Notes: generated from the letters alone by a model not told the origin. Positions 1 to 10,491 are shown, counted from the stretch's first letter. The stretch is 64,000 nt of DNA from Leptospira sp. (GCA_034439575.1 JAWXAQ010000005.1:83108-147107); one strand, 5' to 3'. Program-made: numbers and translations.

Positions 1-279
1 ATCCTTTTTAAACCACATCCTCGCTCTGAACAAATTTTCAAAAATAAAGAAGAGTTACAAATTTGGTCTCAAATGTTACGTACTTTCTTTTGGGGAAAAC
101 GCAAACAAATCCAAGTTAGTCTACGGGAATCCCCTTTTTCCCAGGACCCACTTTTTCAAAAAGCCGTCAGTTCCGCTTGGGAAAAATTGGGCATCGCACC
201 CTCTAAGCGACCGGAAGAATTGAACAGAAAACAATTTCTGAATCTTGGTCAGGAATTACTTGACTCTTTGTCAAAATGA
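1..279 (+). CDS. rsmA: 16S rRNA m6,2A dimethyltransferase, C-terminal part (gene starts before window)
   Basis: Frame 1 is open from base 1; C-terminal KsgA-like motifs 'FFWGKRKQI' and 'GIAPSKRPEELNRKQF'. Confidence 0.8.
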   Translation: MLFKPHPRSEQIFKNKEELQIWSQMLRTFFWGKRKQIQVSLRESPFSQDPLFQKAVSSAWEKLGIAPSKRPEELNRKQFLNLGQELLDSLSK

Positions 280-296
280 TGGCAATAGTGATACTT

Positions 297-1544
297 ATGT
301 TTGAGAACTTCACGCCTCCCCCTTTTGTTACCTTTGCGATTCCAGGATTTTTTGTCCTGATCGGAATTGAAGTTGCTATTGGTGCTTGGAAAAATAGACA
401 ACTCTACCGCTTGAACGATTCCATAGCGGATCTAAGTACTGGGATTTTGTCTCAACTTTGGGGTCTTTTCCAAAAGGGCATTGGTCTTTTTGCCTACTTT
501 TATATCTATGAACACTTTCGTATTTTTGAATTTGCACTTAACAACCCTTGGGCTTGGGTTCTTTGTATCGTTGGCCAAGATTTTTGTTATTATTGGTCGC
601 ATAGACTCGCACACGAAGTGAATATCCTTTGGGCAGGGCATGTGATCCATCACCATAGCGAGGAATACAATCTTGTCGTGGCCCTTCGCCAAACAGGACT
701 TGGCGGGCTTATCTCTTGGATTTTTTATGTTCCTCTGGCACTAGTCGGATTTCACCCTTGGATGTATCTTGGATCAGGACAAATCAACTTAATTTACCAA
801 TTTTGGGTGCATACAAAAGCAGTGGGAAAAATTGGCAAGGTGGGCGAATATTTACTTTCCACTCCTTCCCACCACCGCGTTCACCATGCGATCAATCCGA
901 TCTATATAGATAGAAATCATGGTGGTATTTTTATCATATGGGATCGTCTATTTGGTACTTTCCAAGAAGAACTCGAACCATGTGTGTATGGAACGGTCAA
1001 ACCACTCAAGAGTTTCAATCCAGTCTATGCAAATGTTCATTACTATGTAGAACTCATCCAACAATCCTTCAAAGCAAAGGGTCTTTGGAATAAGGTATTG
1101 GTTTTTCTAAAAAGACCAGGTTGGATGCCACCAGAAGGAAATCGTCCGGCTGGCTATTTGCCGATTCCAGAAGTTAGTCCGGAACGCTTTGTCAAATACG
1201 ATCCAAATCCTAGCGCAGAGGTTCGTTCTTACACTACGGCTTGGTTTGTGGGCATATTATTATTGTCTTTTTCCTTTCTATTGTTTGTGACCAAGTTTTC
1301 TCTTCTTTCACAGATCCTATTTGCCTTATGGGTGACAATTTCCCTTGTCGCGGTCAATGCGATGATTGAAAGCAAATCTTGGGCTGTCTCTGTGGAAATC
1401 ACTCGTTTGATTTTCGGATTTTTGCTCTTGGGATACTTTGGCCTTGGTTGGGTTTCGTATGGAATCGGCATCGCGTTTCTTATGATGGCTGGTTTTCATT
1501 TTTATAGAAGCCAATCCAAGTCCTTTCAAAGTGTGAGTGCTTAA
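297..1544 (+). CDS. Sterol desaturase / alkylglycerol monooxygenase-like membrane protein (fatty acid hydroxylase superfamily)
   Basis: His boxes HRLAH, HVIHH and HHRVHH plus 'IDRNHGGIFIIWDRLFGTF'; several TM segments. Start could be 276. Confidence 0.85.
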   Translation: MFENFTPPPFVTFAIPGFFVLIGIEVAIGAWKNRQLYRLNDSIADLSTGILSQLWGLFQKGIGLFAYFYIYEHFRIFEFALNNPWAWVLCIVGQDFCYYWSHRLAHEVNILWAGHVIHHHSEEYNLVVALRQTGLGGLISWIFYVPLALVGFHPWMYLGSGQINLIYQFWVHTKAVGKIGKVGEYLLSTPSHHRVHHAINPIYIDRNHGGIFIIWDRLFGTFQEELEPCVYGTVKPLKSFNPVYANVHYYVELIQQSFKAKGLWNKVLVFLKRPGWMPPEGNRPAGYLPIPEVSPERFVKYDPNPSAEVRSYTTAWFVGILLLSFSFLLFVTKFSLLSQILFALWVTISLVAVNAMIESKSWAVSVEITRLIFGFLLLGYFGLGWVSYGIGIAFLMMAGFHFYRSQSKSFQSVSA

Positions 1545-1566
1545 AATTCTCTTAACTTACGATATT

Positions 1567-1597
1567 CACCTGAGAGGATCCCCCTCTCAGGTGTTTT
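1567..1597 (+). terminator. Intrinsic terminator after the desaturase
   Basis: 11-bp stem CACCTGAGAGG/CCTCTCAGGTG, 5-nt loop, then TTTT. Confidence 0.75.
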
Positions 1598-1745
1598 AAA
1601 ATTCCTTTGATTTCCAAATCCACTCTTGTCAGAATTTCCCCATATTTAAATTATGTCACTTTAGTGCCTTTTTGACTTAAATTTTTGTCCTCCTTTTCCT
1701 TGACCCAAGAGCTTGCCGTGAGATTTTGGCAGTGCACAATAAAAT

Positions 1746-2546
1746 GTGAGGGCGAAAAAGATGAAACGAAAAAGATCACTGTTTAGTATTCTAGGAGCCA
1801 TCCTACTGGTCGTATCCTTCTCAGCATTTGCATCCTACCAAAAGAAAAAAAATGAGCCAGTTTATCTCGATAACCAAGTTTTCCAAAGATATGGCGATGC
1901 TTGGGGACTTTGGGTCAATTTCCGAACGGAGAAAAAATCAATCGAAGAGAAAGTGGCAGAATTTGGAGCCAATCTAGACGAAGTTTACGAACTGAATGCC
2001 GTCCTAGAAAAAGAAAAAAAGAACTTAAAACGTTTTATCTTCATTCCCTATAGCAAATCCTATTCCCAAAAATTGCAAGAATCAGGAATGTTTCGTGAAG
2101 CAGTCGACTCTCAAATTGACCAATTCATTTGGCCAGTACTCCCCAATAACCGTTCACGGATTTCCTCTCGCATCGGCAGAAGGTGGAACACTTTACATAC
2201 AGGTGTGGACATTGCCATTCCTAAAGAGTCAATCGTCCTTGCAGCGGCTGATGGCGTAGTGGAAATCGCAGGACGAAGTGGAGATTATGGAAATACCGTA
2301 AAAATATACCACCATGACTTAAATCATTTTCATACAGTTTATGGGCACAACAACCAAGTCTTTGTTAAAGCAGGTGACATTGTCAAAAAAGGACAAATCA
2401 TCGCACTCTCAGGTAATACTGGCAAATCCACTGGTCCCCATGTTCATTTTGAAGTTAGATACCACAATGTGTATCTCAACCCAGAAAACTTTCTCACACC
2501 TTTTGAAGAAGGAGTTGCGACAAGTATGGTAGGTTTCGCTAATTAA
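1746..2546 (+). CDS. M23 family metallopeptidase with N-terminal signal/anchor
   Basis: HTGVD and STGPHVHFEVR zinc motifs; hydrophobic N-terminus. Start may be the ATG at 1761. Confidence 0.9.
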   Translation: MRAKKMKRKRSLFSILGAILLVVSFSAFASYQKKKNEPVYLDNQVFQRYGDAWGLWVNFRTEKKSIEEKVAEFGANLDEVYELNAVLEKEKKNLKRFIFIPYSKSYSQKLQESGMFREAVDSQIDQFIWPVLPNNRSRISSRIGRRWNTLHTGVDIAIPKESIVLAAADGVVEIAGRSGDYGNTVKIYHHDLNHFHTVYGHNNQVFVKAGDIVKKGQIIALSGNTGKSTGPHVHFEVRYHNVYLNPENFLTPFEEGVATSMVGFAN

Positions 2547-2549
2547 TCT

Positions 2550-3368
2550 GTGACATCCACTTTTCCGCTTAGAAGTTGGGTTCCTGAAATTCACAGGAAC
2601 CTAAACGAAACTATTCTTTTGAAGCCAGGCCTCGCTTGTTTTGATTTTGATAATACACTCATCCGAAATGATTTTGGCGAAAAATTAATGGAAGCCATTA
2701 TCCAAGATGGTATGGTCCATTTGCCAAAAGACCTTAGCCCTTATTTCAGAGATAAGGACTTTTGGAAAGATCATGAAATCCATCCACTCTCTCAAAAAGA
2801 ATCACTTATTTGGGAAGAGTACAGTTACCATTTAAAAGAATTCGGCATTGAAAATGGCTATCGTTGGACTTGTTTTTTATTTCAAGGCTTAAGCAAACAA
2901 ACGTTTTATGAATTGAGCAGGAGAAATTGGGAAAAAGTAGGAAAACTAAAGGGCGATATAGCTGTGTTTCCTCAAAAGGAAATGATAGACCTCATCCAAT
3001 TTTTAAATCAAAATTCCTGGGAAGTATATATTGTCACTGCCTCCCCTGAAGAAGGCATAGCCGCTATCGCATCTCACTTCTATGTGAAAGAGGAGAATGT
3101 AATCGGCATGAGACAAGTTAAATCTTCCACAGGAATAAGCGTTCCTGAAATCATTGAACCTTATACATATGGAGAAGGAAAAGTAAGTGCAATTCGTACA
3201 CGAATTGGAAAACTTCCTGATTTAGCCTTCGGCGATTCCTTCAACGACTTTCCTATGTTATGTGCATCCAAATTGGGAGTTGCGATTGATAAAGGAAATC
3301 CCGAATTTGTAGAAGCATGCCAAAAAAAACAAATCTTGATCCAACCCTACTTTTCACTTAGTTCTTAA
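2550..3368 (+). CDS. HAD-superfamily hydrolase (phosphoserine-phosphatase-like)
   Basis: DFDNTL motif I, IVTAS motif II, GDSFNDFPML motif IV. Confidence 0.85.
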   Translation: MTSTFPLRSWVPEIHRNLNETILLKPGLACFDFDNTLIRNDFGEKLMEAIIQDGMVHLPKDLSPYFRDKDFWKDHEIHPLSQKESLIWEEYSYHLKEFGIENGYRWTCFLFQGLSKQTFYELSRRNWEKVGKLKGDIAVFPQKEMIDLIQFLNQNSWEVYIVTASPEEGIAAIASHFYVKEENVIGMRQVKSSTGISVPEIIEPYTYGEGKVSAIRTRIGKLPDLAFGDSFNDFPMLCASKLGVAIDKGNPEFVEACQKKQILIQPYFSLSS

Positions 3369-3374
3369 TCTATT

Positions 3375-4064
3375 ATGAAACCTACACTAATCTTAGTATC
3401 AAATTCTATTGGCGATGACAAAGATTTACCTCCGCGAACAAAAGAATTATTGGAAAAAGCAGACCTGATTCTTGGCGAAGAACAACGTACGACCTCGACT
3501 CTTTTAAAAAGATTAGGGCTATCAAAAAATTTTGAGATATTCAATGAACATTCAACAAAAGAAGAATTGGAAGATCTTGTATTACGTTTAACACAGGTTC
3601 CACTCACTGTCATCATTTCTGATTCGGGTAGCCCAGGTCTTGAAGATCCAGCTCGTAAATTAGTTCCGAAAGCTTGGGATTATGGCATTACCGTTCAATC
3701 TGCACCTGGACCCACTGCGGCTATGGCTGCTTTGACGGCTTCTGGTTTCCAATCTTCCCCCTTTACCTTTGTCGGTTTTTTTCCAAAAGAGCAAAAAGAC
3801 AGAGAACGGGAACTAAAACACTACCTAAGTTTGGGTCATACTCTCGTATTTTATGAGACCCCATACCGAACCAAACATATGTTAGAATCTCTTTCTAAAG
3901 TTTTGCCAAATCAAAGACGTTTGTTTTTGAATTTGGACATTTCAACCCAATACGAAAAATCCTATCGTGGCTTAGCAAAAGATATTTTCAAACAAGCCGC
4001 AAACCATCCAAAAGCTATGCCTGTTTTTGTGATCGAAGAGAAAAATTCCAGACACAACGGATAG
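3375..4064 (+). CDS. rsmI: RsmI-family tetrapyrrole-type SAM methyltransferase
   Basis: Motifs 'SIGDDKDL', 'ISDSGSPGLEDP', 'PGPTA', 'FVGFFP', 'VFYETPYR'. Confidence 0.75.
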   Translation: MKPTLILVSNSIGDDKDLPPRTKELLEKADLILGEEQRTTSTLLKRLGLSKNFEIFNEHSTKEELEDLVLRLTQVPLTVIISDSGSPGLEDPARKLVPKAWDYGITVQSAPGPTAAMAALTASGFQSSPFTFVGFFPKEQKDRERELKHYLSLGHTLVFYETPYRTKHMLESLSKVLPNQRRLFLNLDISTQYEKSYRGLAKDIFKQAANHPKAMPVFVIEEKNSRHNG

Positions 4065-4101
4065 TTTCTTGACTCACCTCTGTTATATTGGATATTGAGT
4101 C

Positions 4102-4725
4102 ATGGTCACTAAACTCGAACCATCGGAAGATGAGAAAGAATCAGCCTTTGCTGAGGCTGGCGATTATATAACAGACGTCGTTAAGGAAAACTTAAAACTG
4201 ATTCGTCATACGAAAGGTTTTTCTTTGGATAAATTAGCGAATCGTTGCGGAGTCAGTCGTGCCATGCTCTCCCAAATCGAACAAGGAAAATCCGTTCCTA
4301 CGATCTCCGTCCTTTGGAAAATCGCGAATGGCCTGAGTGTTCCCTTTTCAGAACTCCTCAAAGAAAAAAACCAAGACGGTGTCCATGTTCTCAAAGCAGA
4401 AAACTCAAAAGTACTTTATTCAAATTCGAGAGTCTTTGCGAGTCGTGCCCTATTTCCTTTTTTAGGAAACCGTAAAACAGAATTTTACGAATTAGTTTTA
4501 AAGCCTGGTGGACATGAAGTAGCGGAAGCACATAAAACTGGCACAACAGAAAATATAGTCGTTGTTTCCGGCAAACTAAGGTTACGTGTAGGTGAAAAAG
4601 TTGTGGAATTGGAAGCAAAAGATTCCGTATTTTTTAAGGCAGATGTCTCTCATGAATATTCAAATCCAACTGACCAAGAAACTTTGATGTATTTGGTTAT
4701 GGATTATACGGATGAGGTAGGCTAA
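4102..4725 (+). CDS. XRE-family HTH regulator with C-terminal cupin domain
   Basis: HTH '[35 protein letters not shown]'; cupin '[18 protein letters not shown]...HEYSN'. Confidence 0.9.
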   Translation: MVTKLEPSEDEKESAFAEAGDYITDVVKENLKLIRHTKGFSLDKLANRCGVSRAMLSQIEQGKSVPTISVLWKIANGLSVPFSELLKEKNQDGVHVLKAENSKVLYSNSRVFASRALFPFLGNRKTEFYELVLKPGGHEVAEAHKTGTTENIVVVSGKLRLRVGEKVVELEAKDSVFFKADVSHEYSNPTDQETLMYLVMDYTDEVG

Positions 4726-4735
4726 GGCCATTTCA

Positions 4736-5662
4736 TTGGAATACCGTGAAATAAAAATCAATTTACCGAAAGTCGGTTCTGACGACCTTTATTCATTATT
4801 AGAACTACTACAAGTAGCTGGGTATTATGAAATTCTATTTGATGGTGATGCACCGAAAGAACCAGACCAAGGAATTTTAAAAGAAAATACAAATATTCGA
4901 ATTTATTTAAATACTGATGAAATTCAAAAAGAAATTCAAATTATCGTATTTCTAAAAGTAAACTTTCCACATAACTCAAATTATGAAACTAGAATCATTG
5001 AAACTAGAGATTATGAAGAAGCTTACAAAGAATTTTACAAACCCTTTTCCATAGGTAAAAAGCTATGGGTGATCCCGACTTGGGAAAAAGGTTCAGAAGT
5101 CACAGAAAAACTTTGGAAAGATGAAAATGGGATTCCTTTATTTATAAACCCTGGTGTGGCATTTGGTACAGGGCATCATGAAACCACCAAACTGATATTA
5201 GAACGTTTAGATACACTTTCAGAAGCGGAAAAACCTTTTTTTCAGTCGGCTTGTGACTTAGGTTGCGGATCTGGGATTCTCTCTATTGGTCTTGCAAAAC
5301 TTGGTACGAAAAAAATATTCGCGTTGGACATTGATCCAAATGCCGTTAAGGCTGCATGGTCCAATTGGCAAGAAAATGATTTTTCACGTGATTATAAATT
5401 CACCGTGGAAGAGTCAGGCCTAGACAATGAACACTGTCTCAGTGAAACCTATGATTTAGCGATTGCTAATATTACTTTTGCAGTATTGTCGCAAAACATT
5501 CGTAATCTTGCCAAAATAAAATGCAAAAGGTTTATCTTTTCTGGAATCATCACTGAAAAAAAAGATGCCTTTATGGAATTGCTACATCAACATTTGCCAG
5601 GTGACCTACTCTATTCTTTCGAATGGAATGAATGGTGGGTGCTTGACTGGCAGAAAACTTAA
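4736..5662 (+). CDS. prmA: 50S ribosomal protein L11 methyltransferase
   Basis: 'INPGVAFGTGHHETT', 'DLGCGSGIL', 'DIDPNAV', 'IANI'; TTG start. Confidence 0.92.
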   Translation: MEYREIKINLPKVGSDDLYSLLELLQVAGYYEILFDGDAPKEPDQGILKENTNIRIYLNTDEIQKEIQIIVFLKVNFPHNSNYETRIIETRDYEEAYKEFYKPFSIGKKLWVIPTWEKGSEVTEKLWKDENGIPLFINPGVAFGTGHHETTKLILERLDTLSEAEKPFFQSACDLGCGSGILSIGLAKLGTKKIFALDIDPNAVKAAWSNWQENDFSRDYKFTVEESGLDNEHCLSETYDLAIANITFAVLSQNIRNLAKIKCKRFIFSGIITEKKDAFMELLHQHLPGDLLYSFEWNEWWVLDWQKT

Positions 5663-7770
5663 GTTTTTGTAAAATATTTAATCAGTCGCACTTGGTTACC
5701 TGAATCATTGTATTCTATGCGATCAAAAACTGATTTTGTCATATAGATACCTCTTCCATGTTGTTCATGCGCTTCATTGATAGATTCTATAGACTGGCTC
5801 ATAATTTTTTTATGATCAAATCCTTTTCCCTCATCTGTGATTCGATAGGCGACATACTCATCTGCCAATACATATTCGACCTTAATGGACTTGCGATTAT
5901 AACGCGGGTCTTCTTGTCTCTTCTGGAGAAATTCTAGATAATTTCCTTCGAGTAATGCTTGCGATTTTTCATCAAAGCCTATATTCAAATTTCCATGTTC
6001 TATCGCATTGATAATAATTTCTCTGAGTGAAGTTCTCACTTCGGTCTGCATAATGGATGTCATATGTTTTCCTAAATTAGCAGTCACTTTTTGAGAAACC
6101 AACTCTGCATTTCTTAAATAATTATTGATTGTAAAATCAATCCTTTCTGAATCCAAAAATCGAATCAAGGTATCTTCTACTTGAGGAATTAATGTAACAA
6201 GTATTTCGCGTAAATCACCAAATTCTATGTATTGTAGTCTTACAAACATATCCTTTGGCTCTTTGACATATTTTTGAGAAAATTCGACTACGAACTGATC
6301 GACTTTGCCAAGCATATTCAATTCTTGCAATTTTTCATTTAAATATAACAAATTGAAGCCGGCTTTTTTTCCCTTGATAGGATATAATAACTCTTCCAGC
6401 TTTTTACCTTTGATATCATCTGTGCGAAAACCAAGGTGCCTCGCAATGGACCTGTTTACATTGATGATACGAGTTTCTTCATTCAGAAGTAAAATGACTT
6501 CATTTGCTCCTTGAAAAATCTCCCGGAAACGTTTTTCTGATTCCTCGATTTTTACTTTCACATGCGACAACTCACGCAAATTTTCTCTAAGGCTTTTTGA
6601 TAGCGAATTGATTCTATCAGCCAGTCCAAGGGAAAGTAAAACCACTTCTAAAGCGGTACCAATTTGGATGGTCCATCTAGTGACATTATTATCAGGTAAA
6701 ATTCCTAAACTTTTCAATGCATATAATAGAACACCTAACAAAAAGAATGTCCAAGCGATCAAATAAAACTTAGCACTGCGACCTTTTTTTAAAAATGCAA
6801 TCACTCCACCTGCGATCATGATAAATGCCGAGATAATAGCGAATCCAATGGCTATCAGTGTTGCAAACCTATACGGTAGAATCAGAGTGAGAATACTCAC
6901 ACTCACCAATGTATAAAACCAATATTGCATTAATTTGGCAAAAAATGGAGCCAGTGACCTTAAACTCAAAAATTGGATCGCAAATAAAATACCGAGAAAA
7001 CTAGAGGAAACCATAAAAAATGGCAAACAAGAATTTGCCCACCATACAAAACTTGGCCAGATATATTGAAAGGCAATACCGTTGTTTGTTAAATGAAAAA
7101 AGGAAATATTTGTTATAAATAACACATAAAGTATGTAACTTATCTCTCGAGTAAAAACATAAATAGAAATATTGTATAAAACCATTACGAGCATAATACC
7201 GTAGAACAAACCAAAGATGATTTGTTCCTTATTCATTTTACTAACGAAGGCTTGCGTTGACCATGCAATCAAAGTTAGTGGAATGGTGGATTCTGATTTT
7301 AACCTCAGATAATAAACTGATGCGGAATTTGGTTTTTCAATTAAGGGAAATACGACATTTCGATAATTTAGATTTCTATCGGAAAAATCTCGTGAATCGC
7401 CTGAAATAGTAATCAGATTTTCTGGTATGTTTTTACCATAAATTTCTATTTCATCAAGTAGGGGAAAATCAAATTCGATTAACCAAGGCAAGGCGATATT
7501 TGTCTTATTTTCGACTGGGATTCGAACCCAAAACTGAGAGCTACTAAATCCTAAATTCTCGGAATCGGGTCGTTTGAATTTTTGATCCAACTTACCTGCA
7601 ATGATTTCTGTAGAGGTAAATTTACTTTCTGGGTCTTCTAATAAAGTAATATATCGAATCAAACCTTTTCTTTCCATCTCGGGTTTTAGAGGGAAAGGAA
7701 CATCTGCCTTTACGGCAAAAGAAAGGAACAAAACCGAAAAAAGAAAAAAGAACTTCAAATATGTTTTCAA
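5659..7770 (-). CDS. 7TM-DISM membrane sensor with PAS and RsbW-type HATPase domain
   Basis: Signal peptide; DISMED2 region ('GFSSSQFWVRI...FPLLDEI'); 7TM ending 'LEVVLLSLGLADRI'; PAS; C-terminal 'EIIINAIEHGN...DEGKGFD...HGRGIYM'. Confidence 0.85.
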   Translation of the reverse strand: MKTYLKFFFLFSVLFLSFAVKADVPFPLKPEMERKGLIRYITLLEDPESKFTSTEIIAGKLDQKFKRPDSENLGFSSSQFWVRIPVENKTNIALPWLIEFDFPLLDEIEIYGKNIPENLITISGDSRDFSDRNLNYRNVVFPLIEKPNSASVYYLRLKSESTIPLTLIAWSTQAFVSKMNKEQIIFGLFYGIMLVMVLYNISIYVFTREISYILYVLFITNISFFHLTNNGIAFQYIWPSFVWWANSCLPFFMVSSSFLGILFAIQFLSLRSLAPFFAKLMQYWFYTLVSVSILTLILPYRFATLIAIGFAIISAFIMIAGGVIAFLKKGRSAKFYLIAWTFFLLGVLLYALKSLGILPDNNVTRWTIQIGTALEVVLLSLGLADRINSLSKSLRENLRELSHVKVKIEESEKRFREIFQGANEVILLLNEETRIINVNRSIARHLGFRTDDIKGKKLEELLYPIKGKKAGFNLLYLNEKLQELNMLGKVDQFVVEFSQKYVKEPKDMFVRLQYIEFGDLREILVTLIPQVEDTLIRFLDSERIDFTINNYLRNAELVSQKVTANLGKHMTSIMQTEVRTSLREIIINAIEHGNLNIGFDEKSQALLEGNYLEFLQKRQEDPRYNRKSIKVEYVLADEYVAYRITDEGKGFDHKKIMSQSIESINEAHEQHGRGIYMTKSVFDRIEYNDSGNQVRLIKYFTKT

Positions 7771-7881
7771 ATGTAGTATCCGATACCTGTACTTAAGCTA
7801 AAAAAGCATACACAACTAGAACGGAATTTGGTAATTTTTCTAGCCTTTTTTCGGTTTCCGTAGAATTTAGGGGAAAGATTT

Positions 7882-9267
7882 ATGAATCGCAAAGATTTTA
7901 TTAAAAAAATTGGTATTACCGGATCCTTACTCACTTTAGCAAAGACCTCCCCTATTTTTGGCCAAACCGAAAATCATTCTGAATCAAAAACTACAACAAA
8001 GTCATCTTCAGATAAAACTGCGATTGTACTCGGAGGTGGACTTTCGGGTTTATATTCTGCCTATCTCCTCAAACAATCAGGTTATAAAGTGACCATTGTA
8101 GAACGGGGAGAAAGATTAGGTGGAAGAATCTTTACCTATGTAGATAAAAATCTTGGCATACAACAAGATTTAGGTGGTGAGTGGATTGGCGAAGGCCAGT
8201 CTGATATCAAAACTCTGGTCAAACAATTGGGATTAACCCTGAATGAATCACCTATTGCTTCAAAATTTCAGCTCAAAAGTTCAAATGAAAATTCTTTAAT
8301 AAAAATATCTCCTGCTTCTTTAGAAACCTTAGAGAAAGTAATCGAATTACACAAGTCGCTCGGTGAATCTAAAAAACAAGGTTTGGATAAGATCAATTTT
8401 TCATCTTATGTTAGATACCAAGGTATCACTGAAGATGAAATGCGATCCATAAACGAAATCTATCGTACGTTAGTTGGCGGAGATTTAAATCAAATTTCAA
8501 GTGAAGCTTTACTGAATGATTTGGCATCCCAAGAATCTTCACTTCGACCGAAGTATTATATTAATGGTGGTGCCGAAAAAATCATTAAAGGACTTACGGA
8601 TCTTCTCGGAAAAGAAACAGAAATTTCTTTGAATGATCCTGTTATAAAAGTGAGTCAAATTAAAAATTCAGTACAAGTCGAACTCACTTCTGGTAAAATG
8701 ATTAAAGCTAGTCTTTTGATTTGTACTATCCCACCACAAAACATTTTAGATATAAAATGGACTCCTTCTCTCCCAAAAGATATGACATATTCTAGTCTTC
8801 GAATGCAGTCAGGTCGCATTTCAAAAAATATGGCAATATGCAGAAAGAAAGACAGCGTAACACCTAACTTATTACTTTCTGATACACCAATGCAAGCTTT
8901 ATATGTTGCGAGTGATGAAGCTATTGGTGAAAATTTCTATGCTTTGACATCAATCACAAATGGTGACCGAGCCACTTTGATTGAAAGATCGAGTGAAACC
9001 CAAAAGAAAGCATTATTCAAATTATCAATACAAGAACTTAAACTCTCAGACGATATCCCAGATCAAAATTTTATTTTTCATTCGTTTCAAAAACTAACAG
9101 GACAAAGAGGGTTTGTTTCCCTCTATCCACCTGGCTCTTTTGGAATCAAGGAAACGTGGATCGAACCTTATGAGAGAGTTTTCTTTGCTGGTGAACACTT
9201 AGCAAAACATTCAGGAACGATGGATGCAGCAATAGAATCTGCCATCCAAGCGGTTAACAGAACTTAA
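7882..9267 (+). CDS. Flavin monoamine oxidase family protein with Tat-like signal
   Basis: N-terminal 'MNRKDFIKK'; FAD motif GGGLSG...ERGERLGGRI; C-terminal 'FFAGEH...GTMDAAIESA'. Confidence 0.85.
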   Translation: MNRKDFIKKIGITGSLLTLAKTSPIFGQTENHSESKTTTKSSSDKTAIVLGGGLSGLYSAYLLKQSGYKVTIVERGERLGGRIFTYVDKNLGIQQDLGGEWIGEGQSDIKTLVKQLGLTLNESPIASKFQLKSSNENSLIKISPASLETLEKVIELHKSLGESKKQGLDKINFSSYVRYQGITEDEMRSINEIYRTLVGGDLNQISSEALLNDLASQESSLRPKYYINGGAEKIIKGLTDLLGKETEISLNDPVIKVSQIKNSVQVELTSGKMIKASLLICTIPPQNILDIKWTPSLPKDMTYSSLRMQSGRISKNMAICRKKDSVTPNLLLSDTPMQALYVASDEAIGENFYALTSITNGDRATLIERSSETQKKALFKLSIQELKLSDDIPDQNFIFHSFQKLTGQRGFVSLYPPGSFGIKETWIEPYERVFFAGEHLAKHSGTMDAAIESAIQAVNRT

Positions 9268-9294
9268 ATCAGATTACATTTATCAAAATTTAGA

Positions 9295-10404
9295 TTATTT
9301 AAGCCCGAATAGGGTTCTTAGGATGATGGTATTTTTTATAAAGGTATCATAAATTAAAAAACTAAGGACCAATACCAAACTTACATGTATACCGAACTTA
9401 TAATATGGAGAGATATCTATGTTTCTTATAAAATAAGCAATTCCTAAAGAAATTGGATGGTGCAATAAATAAATAGGAAGACTTGAATCTACGAGATAAA
9501 CTGTGAATGGATTAGTAACATTTGCTATTTTTTGAAACAAAAAAACAAAAAAATAAGTCCAGACCAAAGGAGACATACTCCATAAAAATACATGCGTTAG
9601 TCGGATAATTTGATTTCCGTAATAATAGGGCATCCATAGGGGATCACTTATCTCTAATTGATAAAACAATATAAAAATCAGGATTCCGAGTATTAACAAA
9701 ATAGAACCTTCTAACTTTGATTTAATGATCTCAGAAATTAAAATTGATCTTTTAAAATAAGCCAATATCCCCACAAAGAAAAATCCACATTGATACATAA
9801 AGGTCAATTTATCTACCCCGATATAATCATCACCTCTAGGGAAAAAAGAATGAGCTAAGGTTGTAAAAATAAATGGAATCAGTATAAAAATGAATGATTG
9901 TAAAAAAGTGTTATCCGGTAAGTTCTTTGCTATAAATTTAAAAATAGATTTTGGAATCACAATAAAAATCAAACTGAAAAGAAATAGATCCACTAAAAAC
10001 CAAATATGAGAATGAGAAAAATTTTTGATCGTAAAAAAATCTGAAACAAAAGGAACCACTAGGACATTTGTGTATTTTAACTTCGCCACTAAATAATATT
10101 GGATAGGTGCAAAAAATATTAACCCGATGATCATAGGTATCAGGATTCTTTTGATTCTCCCTTCTATATAACTCTCTTTGCCTTTCTTTTCCCAGACTAA
10201 TACCGAAAAATAACCAGAAATAATGAAAAATAATGGCATTCGAAAGCTATGAACCCAAAAAGAAAAGTATCCAAAGGGCTCTGCGCGATTTAAATTTTGG
10301 ATCGCATAGCTAATTTTAGGTGCATAGACGATAGCGGCATGGAATACAATGCCGAGTAATAATGCAAAAGACCTCAAATTATCTAAATATAAAAGTCTTC
10401 CCAT
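9295..10404 (-). CDS. Acyltransferase family 3, OpgC/MdoC-like
   Basis: 'RLLYLDNLRSFALLLGIVFH', 'FRMPLFFIISGYF', 'HIWFL', 'PIYLLHHP'; polytopic membrane protein. Confidence 0.8.
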   Translation of the reverse strand: MGRLLYLDNLRSFALLLGIVFHAAIVYAPKISYAIQNLNRAEPFGYFSFWVHSFRMPLFFIISGYFSVLVWEKKGKESYIEGRIKRILIPMIIGLIFFAPIQYYLVAKLKYTNVLVVPFVSDFFTIKNFSHSHIWFLVDLFLFSLIFIVIPKSIFKFIAKNLPDNTFLQSFIFILIPFIFTTLAHSFFPRGDDYIGVDKLTFMYQCGFFFVGILAYFKRSILISEIIKSKLEGSILLILGILIFILFYQLEISDPLWMPYYYGNQIIRLTHVFLWSMSPLVWTYFFVFLFQKIANVTNPFTVYLVDSSLPIYLLHHPISLGIAYFIRNIDISPYYKFGIHVSLVLVLSFLIYDTFIKNTIILRTLFGLK

Positions 10405-10491
10405 TCCTTCTTATGAAAAATGTGATAAGCAATAATCGTCGATCCTTTTTCTTTCCTTGACAAACCAAATCATACTAGCTTGTCTTTTGTT

